From Candidatus Saccharimonadota bacterium (lineage in GTDB: Bacteria; Patescibacteriota; Saccharimonadia; Saccharimonadales; Saccharimonadaceae), in the NCBI GenBank assembly GCA_001029695.1, contig CP011211.1:930001-962000 (forward strand): 32,000 nucleotides of DNA. The letters are read 5' to 3'. Of this stretch, positions 18,104 through 26,191 are shown one piece after another. The notes under the pieces are model-generated. The model made no database searches. It worked only from the letters and a program-made list of their open reading frames with translations, and was not told the DNA's origin. The position numbers and the translations under genes were made by a program. Position 1 is the stretch's first letter, and every line of letters begins with the position of its first letter.

Positions 18104-19083
18104 TGGCAAAACGTAAACTTGACGCAAAAGCGTTCTCACAGCAAAAACGCAAACGTCGCCAGTGGCTCACGTTTGTTCGTATGTGCCGCTACGGAGTCAA
18201 TAACTTCAGCCGTAATGCGTGGCTGACGATTGCGGCTACGGCAGTTATGACAATCACACTGTTGATTATCTTTGTGACACTTTCTGCACGGCAGGTGCTT
18301 GTCGACACAGTTGATCAAATCAAAGATAAAGTAGATATGTCAATTTACGTTAAAACGGATACGACTGACGATCAGGCAAAGAAAGTGAGCGAGGAGCTTA
18401 AAAAGCTCGGTAGCGTAAAAGAAGTGACGTATATAAGTCCTCAACAAGCTCGTAAGGACTTTGCTGCTGCAAACGTCAAAGATGACCAGACTCTGGATGC
18501 GCTCAACGAAGCAACCAATAAACTCCCAGGGACGTTTCGTGTAAGTATCAGTGACATTAACAACCCTTCCGAGTTAGATAACTTCGTTAAAAATAATCAG
18601 ACATATAAAGCGCTTGCAGATCCAAATCGTGCTGCATCTTTTAGTGGTGAGCGACGTACTGCCATACAGAATATTGGCCGTTGGGTGGGATTCGCGGAAA
18701 AGGTTGGATTAGCAGCCAGCGCAGTGTTTATCGTTATATCATCGCTTATCGTCTTTAATACGATTCGCATGGCTATCTTTAATCGTAAGGAAGAGATTCA
18801 GATGATGAAGCTTATTGGTGCAGACCGAAGCTTTATTCGCGGCCCATTTGTTGTTGAGGCTGTCGTGTACGGCTTTATTGCGGCGATTCTTGCTACGGGG
18901 TTGGGTATGGCGGCGCTCTATGGCTCGAAAGAGAAGCTTGAGAGCTATGAGGTTGCTGTTGGACCGACTATTGATGCAGCAACTCTTTATCTTGGATTTG
19001 TTCTTATTGGTATGATTTTTGCCGGAGCACTCATAGGAGTTATTTCCTCACTTCTTGCGACACGAAAGTATCTGAAAATTTAA
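18103..19083 (+). CDS. ftsX: cell division permease-like protein FtsX
   Basis: Basic N-terminus, TM1, a ~120-aa extracytoplasmic domain, and a C-terminal 3-TM FtsX domain (MMKLIGADRSFIRGPF). Confidence 0.9.
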   Translation: MAKRKLDAKAFSQQKRKRRQWLTFVRMCRYGVNNFSRNAWLTIAATAVMTITLLIIFVTLSARQVLVDTVDQIKDKVDMSIYVKTDTTDDQAKKVSEELKKLGSVKEVTYISPQQARKDFAAANVKDDQTLDALNEATNKLPGTFRVSISDINNPSELDNFVKNNQTYKALADPNRAASFSGERRTAIQNIGRWVGFAEKVGLAASAVFIVISSLIVFNTIRMAIFNRKEEIQMMKLIGADRSFIRGPFVVEAVVYGFIAAILATGLGMAALYGSKEKLESYEVAVGPTIDAATLYLGFVLIGMIFAGALIGVISSLLATRKYLKI

Positions 19084-19140
19084 CGTAAAAGCAGCTTAAG
19101 TTTTTGCTTAGGCTATATTGCTTATGATAGGATAAATAAG

Positions 19141-20343
19141 ATGATCAAACACGCCACCACGCATAATAACAGGGTAGGATATGTCACGAGACTCTCTGCT
19201 TTTGCAGTAGCGATTCTTATGATGATTGCAGCGCCGATTGCCTATACTGATAAAGCATTTGCTGATCAGTATGATAATCAACTCAGTGCTCTTCGCGCAC
19301 AGGCTGACCAGTATCAGGCTCAGGCAAATGAATTAAGAGCAAAGGCGGATACACTACAAAATAAACTCGATGAGATTACTGCGCAGAAAAGTGCTATTGA
19401 AGCAAGGATTTCGATTAGCCAGACAAGACATGATCAGCTCGTGCAAGAAATTGCACAAAATGAAAAAAAGATGGGACAAGCGCAGGATGTTCTGGGTGAC
19501 ACATTGGCGAGTCTTTACGTCGACGGAAAGATATCCTCACTTGAGCTACTTGCGAGTAGTCATAATGTTGGTGATTTTATTGACAAGCAAGAATATCGCA
19601 GCTCAGTTCGCGATGAGCTGAAGAAATCAATCGATACGATTAAGGCACTGAAGAAAAAGCTTGATGCTGATAGAAAAGATCTAGAGAAAGTGCTTGCTGA
19701 TCTTGCTACCCAAAATGCACAACTTGCCGCAACACAGGCCGAGCAGGCACGACTTGTTGAGCAGACTCGCGGAGAAGAGGCTGCATATCAGCAGCTGGTA
19801 AATAGTACCCGAAGCCAGATGGCGGAGGTGACATCACAACAACAGGCGTATTATCAAAGTCTTGTGAGTAAAGGCGGGGGAGGTAACTCGGGAGTTATCG
19901 GAAGCTTTAGCTACTCTAATCTTAGCCCTAGTAACGGTGCAGGTGGCTGTTCTGGCGGATATCCGTATTGTCAGGCGCAAGACACAATGGTTGATCCATG
20001 GAATCTGTATAACCGAGAATGTGTTAGCTACGTCGCATGGGCACTTGAAAAACGTTTCAATAAGAAGGTGAATCCCTTCCGAGGTGATGGTAATGCGACT
20101 GACTGGCCTGTAAGCGCGGTCACATGGAGTGGTGCAATGCGTGTCTACTCGCCCCAGCGTGGAGACGTTGTCGTACTTCCTGCTTCAGGTAGCTTTGCTC
20201 CTATCGGACACGTCATGATTGTCGAATCAGTTTCGGGTAATACTATGTTTGTTAGCCAGTACAATTTCTATGGAACAGGGCAGTATAGTACGATGAACGT
20301 ACAAAACTCCGGTGTCGTACTTTTACGCTTTCAAAATAGGTAG
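19141..20343 (+). CDS. secreted coiled-coil + CHAP domain peptidoglycan hydrolase (PcsB-like), paralog 1
   Basis: Signal peptide ending AFA. A ~200-aa heptad-rich coiled coil contains LASLYVDGKISSLELLASS. A Gly-rich linker follows. The C-terminal CHAP domain has the catalytic Cys (NRECVSYVAW) and His (GHVMIVESV). Confidence 0.85.
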   Translation: MIKHATTHNNRVGYVTRLSAFAVAILMMIAAPIAYTDKAFADQYDNQLSALRAQADQYQAQANELRAKADTLQNKLDEITAQKSAIEARISISQTRHDQLVQEIAQNEKKMGQAQDVLGDTLASLYVDGKISSLELLASSHNVGDFIDKQEYRSSVRDELKKSIDTIKALKKKLDADRKDLEKVLADLATQNAQLAATQAEQARLVEQTRGEEAAYQQLVNSTRSQMAEVTSQQQAYYQSLVSKGGGGNSGVIGSFSYSNLSPSNGAGGCSGGYPYCQAQDTMVDPWNLYNRECVSYVAWALEKRFNKKVNPFRGDGNATDWPVSAVTWSGAMRVYSPQRGDVVVLPASGSFAPIGHVMIVESVSGNTMFVSQYNFYGTGQYSTMNVQNSGVVLLRFQNR

Positions 20344-20400
20344 ATAGGCCTGCTGCTAAGGTCTGGACATTTTATCCTGCTTATGCTAGGATGGTAAGTA

Positions 20401-21588
20401 ATGAAACAACGGTCCACCACACCAGTTTCGAACACTTCTTTTGCCGTGAAAGCGTCACTAGTCGCAATAGCCATATTGATGGCAGTTGCTACTCCTATCC
20501 AGATAGGAAAAGTCGTAAAGGCGGATGAGTTCGATGAACGAATAAAAACGATACAAAACGAAATTGATCAGTACCAGACAAAAGCAAATGAACTAAAAGG
20601 AAAAGCAGATACACTCCAGCAGGCTGTTGATGCATTAACAAACCAAAAAAATACGATTCAAGCTCAAATCAACCTCAAGCAGGCTGAGTTTGATAAATTG
20701 ACAGCTGATATTGCGGCAAATGAAAAAAGCATTGCAACAAATCAAGACGTACTTGGAGATACAATTGCGAGTCTTTATGTCGATGGCAAAATCTCGACAC
20801 TTGAAATGCTTGCGAGTAGCAAAAACATCGGTGAATACGTTGATAAGCAGGAGTATCAGTCTTCTGTTCGTGATACGTTAACTAAGACTATTAACGACAT
20901 TAAAAAAACAAAGAAGCAGCTTGAGCAGCAGAAAACTGCTGTTGAGCGTAACCTAGAAGACCAAAAAGCTCAACGAGAAGTATTGGCACAAAAAGAAGCT
21001 GAACAAGCAAGTCTTGTTGCTCAGACTCGCGGAGAAGAGGCCGCCTATCATAATCTTTCCGGAGAACGTGAACAGCAAAAGCAGAAACTGCAAGAACAGC
21101 AGCAGGCAGCGATTGAAGCTGCAATGCGACGTGCTGCGGCAGCAAGTGGTGGTGGCGGTTCACAGGCAGTAGCGGGCGATCCACGAAAGGGCGGCTATCC
21201 AGCAAATCTCGCTAACTCTGACTACTACAACCCTGTAGTTGATAATTGGGGTATGTATTCTCGCCAGTGCGTAAGCTATACTGCTTGGAAAGTATTCCAG
21301 AAGAACGGCTATATGCCATACTGGGGTGGTCGAGGCAATGCTAATCAGTGGCCAGGCAACGCTCGTGCCGCTGGCATTGGTACCGGGACAACTCCTCGTG
21401 CGGGCTCTGTCGGCGTAATTATGGCCGGACAGTATGGTCACGTCGTATGGGTTGAAAGCGTCAATAGCGACGGCACGATAAATATTAGTCAGTATAACTA
21501 TTTCAATGCTGGCGGTAGTGGCTGGGGTCACTATAGCGAGATGTACAATGTATCACCTCGTGCTTACGACGTATACATTTATTTCTAG
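20401..21588 (+). CDS. secreted coiled-coil + CHAP domain peptidoglycan hydrolase (PcsB-like), paralog 2
   Basis: Same architecture as paralog 1: signal peptide, a coiled coil containing IASLYVDGKISTLEMLASS, a Gly-rich linker, and a CHAP domain with Cys (SRQCVSYTAW) and His (GHVVWVESV). Confidence 0.85.
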   Translation: MKQRSTTPVSNTSFAVKASLVAIAILMAVATPIQIGKVVKADEFDERIKTIQNEIDQYQTKANELKGKADTLQQAVDALTNQKNTIQAQINLKQAEFDKLTADIAANEKSIATNQDVLGDTIASLYVDGKISTLEMLASSKNIGEYVDKQEYQSSVRDTLTKTINDIKKTKKQLEQQKTAVERNLEDQKAQREVLAQKEAEQASLVAQTRGEEAAYHNLSGEREQQKQKLQEQQQAAIEAAMRRAAAASGGGGSQAVAGDPRKGGYPANLANSDYYNPVVDNWGMYSRQCVSYTAWKVFQKNGYMPYWGGRGNANQWPGNARAAGIGTGTTPRAGSVGVIMAGQYGHVVWVESVNSDGTINISQYNYFNAGGSGWGHYSEMYNVSPRAYDVYIYF

Positions 21589-21607
21589 GCTGAATTAAAG
21601 CAAAAGT

Positions 21608-21641
21608 AGTATAGCGCACTCCTTGAGGGGTGCGCTATACT
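21608..21641 (+). terminator. stem-loop terminator after the second CHAP gene
   Basis: A 12-bp perfect stem (AGTATAGCGCAC / GTGCGCTATACT) with a 10-nt loop. The T-tract is weak, so terminator function is inferred. Confidence 0.55.
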
Positions 21642-21670
21642 AGTAGGGAATTAAATTCCTAGTAAACGGA

Positions 21671-22915
21671 ATGACTGAAGGGGAGTATAGAGTGACTGAA
21701 GCGCCGAAGGATGTGACGCCAAAACGAGCAAAGCAGAAAAAATGGAGTATGATGCCAAGTACGTTTGTACTTATTATTGGCGTAGCTGTCGTGGTCGGTT
21801 ATGGGGCGGGAACGCGCAATGATCAGATTATGGGGACAGTGGGGCCGTTCTTTGGGCTTCGGGTCGCCTCGGGTGAGATTGACTTGTCTAACGTGCAAGA
21901 AACGTATCGGCAATTGAAGGCTAATTTTAATGGCGAGCTTGACGAGCAGGCAATGAAAGATGGCGCGAGCCGTGGACTTGTTGCGTCTGCGGGTGATGAT
22001 TATACGGTATTTCTGAGTCAAAAAGAGGCGAAATCATTTGATGACGATTTGAATGGTAATGTTGGCGCAGGAATCGGGGCTGAGATAGGGCTACGTAGCG
22101 ATAAGCCTACAGTCATTCGTCCTTTGAAAGATAGTCCTGCCCTAAAAGCGGGCATAGAGGCGGGCGATGTTATCGTCAAGGTGAATGATGAAGCGGTGAC
22201 GAGTGAATGGACGGTCAATAAGACGGTAGAGAAGATCAAGGGTGAGGCCGGCACGACAGTGAAGCTATCTGTTCTTAGGGACGGAGAGGTCAAAGAGTTT
22301 ACGGTGACACGAGATACCATCAATAGTCCAAGTGTAGAGTCGCGTATTGATGGTAAATTGGGCGTGCTAACGATTAGTCGGTTTGATGGCACGACGACCG
22401 ATCTTGCGCGAAAAGCGGCGCAAAGTTTCAAAGACCAAGGCGTTGAAAAGGTTATACTTGATCTTCGTAATAATGGTGGAGGTGTTCTTGGTGCTGCTCA
22501 AGATGTGTCAGGGTTGTGGCTTCGCGATAAGGTGGTCGTTAGTGAGCGACGCGGTGAAAAAGTGACAGACGAACTTCGTTCTGGAAATAACCCCATCCTA
22601 GAAGGAATGCCCACAGTCGTGCTTGTAAACGGTGGTAGCGCGAGTGCGAGCGAAATCGTAGCCGGTGCACTTCAGGATCATAAAGCAGCAACGCTGATAG
22701 GTGAGAAGACGTTTGGTAAAGGAAGTGTGCAGCAGCTTATCTCACTACCAGACAGTGCTGTATTGAAGGTGACGGTTGCACGTTGGTATACGCCGAACGG
22801 CAAAAACATCAACAAAGAGGGTATCCAGCCGAACGAGAAGATTGAAATGACGAGAGACGATGTGAATGCGGGCCGAGATCCTCAGCTCGAAGCGGCGCAA
22901 TCTAAGCTGCAGTAA
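21671..22915 (+). CDS. S41 family carboxy-terminal processing peptidase (Ctp/Prc-like)
   Basis: N-terminal TM anchor, PDZ domain (LKDSPALKAGIEAGDVIVKVNDE), catalytic Ser (NGGSASASEIVAGAL) and Lys (TFGKGSVQ). GTG 21692, preceded by AAGGGGAG, is an alternative and possibly better start. Confidence 0.9.
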   Translation: MTEGEYRVTEAPKDVTPKRAKQKKWSMMPSTFVLIIGVAVVVGYGAGTRNDQIMGTVGPFFGLRVASGEIDLSNVQETYRQLKANFNGELDEQAMKDGASRGLVASAGDDYTVFLSQKEAKSFDDDLNGNVGAGIGAEIGLRSDKPTVIRPLKDSPALKAGIEAGDVIVKVNDEAVTSEWTVNKTVEKIKGEAGTTVKLSVLRDGEVKEFTVTRDTINSPSVESRIDGKLGVLTISRFDGTTTDLARKAAQSFKDQGVEKVILDLRNNGGGVLGAAQDVSGLWLRDKVVVSERRGEKVTDELRSGNNPILEGMPTVVLVNGGSASASEIVAGALQDHKAATLIGEKTFGKGSVQQLISLPDSAVLKVTVARWYTPNGKNINKEGIQPNEKIEMTRDDVNAGRDPQLEAAQSKLQ

Positions 22916-22963
22916 TAGATAAGCTTGTGCCTTATGAGTGATCTGTAGTACTATAGAGACACT

Positions 22964-23356
22964 ATGCAAGACCAACCAAAAAAGAAAATCCTACTTGTCG
23001 AAGACGATATTGCATTGGCTGCAGTATATCGCTCCCGACTTGAACTTGAAGACTTCGAGACACTTGAAGTAAATAACGGCGAGCAAGCGCTACAAGCAGC
23101 AAAAGAGTTCAAGCCTGACCTTATTTTGCTTGATGCGATGATGCCGAAGATTAGTGGGTTTGATGTACTTGATATTCTTCGAAATACTCCAGAGACTATG
23201 AATATTCGAGTTATTATGCTGACAGCGCTAAGCCAACCGAAAGATAAAGAGCGCGCAGAAGCACTTGGTGTTGACGACTATCTTGTAAAGTCACAGGTTG
23301 TTATTGGTGATGTTGTTGACCGGGTGAGGCATCATCTCGGACTTGCAGTAAGCTAG
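22964..23356 (+). CDS. single-domain response regulator (receiver only)
   Basis: 130 aa with the acidic pocket VEDD, phospho-acceptor LLDAMMP, MLTA, and the conserved Lys in YLVKS. There is no output domain. Confidence 0.9.
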   Translation: MQDQPKKKILLVEDDIALAAVYRSRLELEDFETLEVNNGEQALQAAKEFKPDLILLDAMMPKISGFDVLDILRNTPETMNIRVIMLTALSQPKDKERAEALGVDDYLVKSQVVIGDVVDRVRHHLGLAVS

Positions 23357-23379
23357 GTACGTTATCTATGCAGCAAATG

Positions 23380-23405
23380 ACACCCACTATCGGGTGTTAT
23401 TTTTT
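23380..23405 (+). terminator. rho-independent terminator after the response regulator gene
   Basis: Stem ACACCC / GGGTGT with a 6-nt loop, followed by TATTTTTT. Confidence 0.55.
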
Positions 23406-23424
23406 CTATATAGGAGTTAGCACT

Positions 23425-23454
23425 AAAATAGCACAGATAAATCTGTGCTATTTT
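23425..23454 (-). terminator. stem-loop terminator downstream of rpmA
   Basis: A 13-bp perfect stem (AAAATAGCACAGA / TCTGTGCTATTTT) with a 4-nt loop. A/T runs on both sides could allow bidirectional use. Confidence 0.65.
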
Positions 23455-23472
23455 ACGGTTTTAGTGTCGTAG

Positions 23473-23745
23473 TTACTTTACGATAACTTGCGTACGTGGA
23501 ACGGTCTTGCCTGTAAACTTGCTCTTTCGAACTTTTGCAAACTCGACAACGCCATCAACGGCAGCATGGATAGTAAAGTTGCGGCTGATAAAAGTACCAG
23601 GACCAGCAATCTTTGAGCTACCAGTTTGACGAACGAGTACTTCGCCTGCACGAACTTTTTGGCCACCAAAGCGCTTGACGCCAAGACGGCGACCGGCGTT
23701 ATTGTGGATGTTTTTGCTAGAACCACCAGCTTTGACATGTGACAT
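23473..23745 (-). CDS. rpmA: 50S ribosomal protein L27
   Basis: MSHVKAGGSSKNIHNNAGRRLGVKRFGGQKV.AGEVLVRQTGSK... matches the bL27 consensus. There is no Firmicutes-type N-terminal propeptide. The SD is AAGGAG. Confidence 0.95.
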   Translation of the reverse strand: MSHVKAGGSSKNIHNNAGRRLGVKRFGGQKVRAGEVLVRQTGSSKIAGPGTFISRNFTIHAAVDGVVEFAKVRKSKFTGKTVPRTQVIVK

Positions 23746-23783
23746 AGGGCAAACTCCTTATAGTTGCTAAATCAATCTGTACC

Positions 23784-23812
23784 ATTGTAAGCGATAAAAT
23801 AGCTTTCGTCAA
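23784..23812 (-). promoter_or_regulatory. sigma-70-type promoter TTGACG-N17-TACAAT for rpmA
   Basis: Read on the minus strand: TTGACG (23812-23807), a 17-nt spacer, then TACAAT (23789-23784). The leader is about 35 nt with AAGGAG. Confidence 0.5.
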
Positions 23813-23857
23813 CCCCTGTTTGAGGTGAAGTCCGGCGTCAAATCTTAGAAAGACTAT

Positions 23858-25036
23858 TTATTTTTTACGTAAGACGAGGAGCTCCCTGGCGACAACTTGA
23901 TCGTCACGCGCATAGAGGAGTTCTTCGTTGCGAACGTTCGCAAATTCATGACGAGTAAAGCCAAGCTGTTCGAGAGTATTGATCAACGGCAGGTGGGTGA
24001 AGCTGTCATCAGTACTACGCCATGCGGGGACACCGACGCACAGTGGCGTACCGGATTCAAGCTGCGGGCCTATGTTTTCGAGAAAGGCTGTAATGATCTT
24101 ATTGCAATTGCCGCGCACTTCAGTGAGCTTGCCTGGAGATGGCGGTGCACTAAACGGCTGACCTAAGTAACTCTCGCATGCAACGGCATCTATGGGCTGA
24201 GTCCAACGCGCTGTCATGGCGTCATCGGCCTTTAGTTCCCATGTGTGCTCATCAATATGGTGCGTTTTCTTTAACCATTCAAGATTTGTCTGAGTGTAGG
24301 CAATCATCTTTTCGGAAAGATCGGTACCATACGCATCATAGTCAAGTAGTAGAGCTTCTTGGGGGATCACCCCAGTACCGCAAAAAGGGTCAAGAATCCT
24401 TAACGCTCGCGAGTCTTTATCGACGCTGTCCGGTGTTGCGAGGTTGATCATCATCTGCGCTAGTTTAGGAGGGAGCATACCGACAAACGCATCTCGTTTC
24501 GGGCGTTCTTGGTCGCGACGGGCAAGCGCGGTGATGTTTTGAGCACCAGTGCTTTCTGCGATAATAACTTTGCCGTTGCGGGCGCGCACAACAAGAAGCT
24601 CTACTTTATTGCTTGATAGGCCAAGTTTGTTGTGGTGACTTGCTGCGGTATTGAGCGCAATCTCTTGATTTGGAATGAGTCGCAGACTAACATCTAGTTT
24701 CTTGAGCTTCTGCTTGAGGACAATCCCTGTTTTTTGCACATCTCGAGGGGAGATGTCAAACCCGTATGCACTGATGCCAAGAGTGATTTTTCCTTCAACT
24801 CCTGACCATGCATCGGTGTAGGCTTTTACGAGCTTCATACTACTCGTGCGCCAATCACCCCGAGGGAGTGTGGCGACGATTCGACCCGCCTTTAGGGTGC
24901 CACCAAGTTTTTCGATAGAGAACTCATCGGTTGTGATTACTGCAGAGTGATCAGAGAACCATTTTACGTCGCCGTGAACTTTTTCAAGCTCAGCCATGCC
25001 AAGTGCTGGTTGGCGTCCAAGAAGTGCTATATACAT
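23858..25036 (-). CDS. class I SAM-dependent methyltransferase, Trm11/TrmG10 (UPF0020)-like putative RNA methyltransferase
   Basis: The pre-motif RPKRDAFVGMLPPKLAQMMINLA resembles the Trm11-type R.....P.LA..M.NLA. Motif I is ILDPFCGTG. The expected D/NPPY motif IV position reads AVACESYLGQPF. The N-terminal ~170 aa could be a degenerate THUMP-like RNA-binding module. Confidence 0.65.
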   Translation of the reverse strand: MYIALLGRQPALGMAELEKVHGDVKWFSDHSAVITTDEFSIEKLGGTLKAGRIVATLPRGDWRTSSMKLVKAYTDAWSGVEGKITLGISAYGFDISPRDVQKTGIVLKQKLKKLDVSLRLIPNQEIALNTAASHHNKLGLSSNKVELLVVRARNGKVIIAESTGAQNITALARRDQERPKRDAFVGMLPPKLAQMMINLATPDSVDKDSRALRILDPFCGTGVIPQEALLLDYDAYGTDLSEKMIAYTQTNLEWLKKTHHIDEHTWELKADDAMTARWTQPIDAVACESYLGQPFSAPPSPGKLTEVRGNCNKIITAFLENIGPQLESGTPLCVGVPAWRSTDDSFTHLPLINTLEQLGFTRHEFANVRNEELLYARDDQVVARELLVLRKK

Positions 25037-25043
25037 AGTAGTA

Positions 25044-25052
25044 AGTATAACA
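25044..25052 (-). promoter_or_regulatory. extended -10 box TGTTATACT 7 nt upstream of the methyltransferase ATG
   Basis: Read on the minus strand: TGTTATACT-TACTACT-ATG, with no SD. Confidence 0.4.
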
Positions 25053-25156
25053 TCAGATCACGAGGTTGGCTATGGGTTCTCCTGATAGGTGCGTGAGAAA
25101 AGTTTTTAAGTTTATCGACAGGTTAAGGACCTACGGGTGTATAATAAAAGATAGAT

Positions 25157-26191
25157 ATGTCGTTTAGAGCTTGGTTGAGTGTCATTACTTTTTTATTGAT
25201 TGCAGTAATCCTGTACTTCTCACGCCATGAACTAGTGCATGCTTGGAGTTTACTTGGAAAAGTGAATATTTGGATTCTTTTACTGCTTATTCCAGGGCAG
25301 ATTATTGTCTACTATGCAGGTGCAGAAATGATCTTTTCGTACCTACGAGATAAGGGCAAGATGCGAGAGGCTTCGAGGGCTCAGCTGACATCGATTGCCC
25401 TTGAATCTAACTTCGTAAACCATGTTCTTCCAAGCGGTGGAGTGAGCGGTATGTCATATCTGACATGGCGACTCGGTCACTTGGGTATACCGGCTGGGCG
25501 AGCGACAATGGCGCAGGTTGTTAAATATGCTATGGGCTTTGTGTCGTTTACTGCTTTACTGCTCGTGGCTTTGTTTGTAGTTACGATAGATGGCAATATA
25601 AATCGCTGGATTATATTGAGTAGTGCGCTTCTCATTGTAGGCATGACTATAGTTATTGGCGGAGCAATTTTTTTGTTCAGCAGCCAACGACGCACTGATC
25701 GATTTAGTAAGTGGCTCATTAAGAAGAGTAGCTATATTGTCCGAAAGGTGACAAGAGGCAAAAAACATCAGCTGGTAAAGCCGGCAGTCATTGATACGTT
25801 TTTTGATGAGATGCATCGGGATTTTCTAGAACTACGGCACGATAAAAAATTGCTTGTAAAGCCATTTCTATGGGGATTACTATATACAGCGATGGATGCG
25901 GCTTTGTTCTTTATCACTTTCTTGGCGTTAGGGGAGGTTGTAAACCCTGCGCCAATCCTTATTGCATATGGCGTAGCAAGTATGGCTGGATTTTTCGTTC
26001 TGACTCCTGGCGGAGCCGGGGCATATGAGGCGATCATGGTTGCATTTTTGGCAGTAGCGGGACTTTCACAAGGAACGGCCATTGCAGGTATTGTGCTGAC
26101 GCGCGTAATCCTTTTGCTTGGAACAATTATTTTTGGATACATTTTTTATCAAAGGTCATTGATTCGGTATGGAAAAAACACCGACATTTAG
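25157..26191 (+). CDS. flippase-like / lysylphosphatidylglycerol-synthase-TM-domain family membrane protein (UPF0104)
   Basis: 344 aa with ~8 TM helices. The overall pattern and the C-terminal LTPGGAGAYEA motif are typical of the LPG_synthase_TM family. There is no C-terminal aminoacyl-transferase domain. TATAAT at 25140-25145 lies 11 nt upstream of the ATG. Confidence 0.6.
   Translation: MSFRAWLSVITFLLIAVILYFSRHELVHAWSLLGKVNIWILLLLIPGQIIVYYAGAEMIFSYLRDKGKMREASRAQLTSIALESNFVNHVLPSGGVSGMSYLTWRLGHLGIPAGRATMAQVVKYAMGFVSFTALLLVALFVVTIDGNINRWIILSSALLIVGMTIVIGGAIFLFSSQRRTDRFSKWLIKKSSYIVRKVTRGKKHQLVKPAVIDTFFDEMHRDFLELRHDKKLLVKPFLWGLLYTAMDAALFFITFLALGEVVNPAPILIAYGVASMAGFFVLTPGGAGAYEAIMVAFLAVAGLSQGTAIAGIVLTRVILLLGTIIFGYIFYQRSLIRYGKNTDI

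Noticed and set aside
21671-21691. The direct repeat TGACTGAAG occurring twice (21672-21680 and 21693-21701) at the 5' end of the S41 peptidase gene.
   Set aside because: It is most simply explained by two alternative starts (ATG 21671, or GTG 21692 with the strong AAGGGGAG SD). It is too short to call a regulatory repeat.
23822-23835. GAGGTGAAGTCCGG, which resembles the RNase P RNA P4 motif GAGGAAAGUCCGG.
   Set aside because: The whole intergenic spacer is only ~112 nt and is already explained by the rpmA promoter and leader. There is no room for a 300-400 nt RNase P RNA, and no matching 3' P4 strand.
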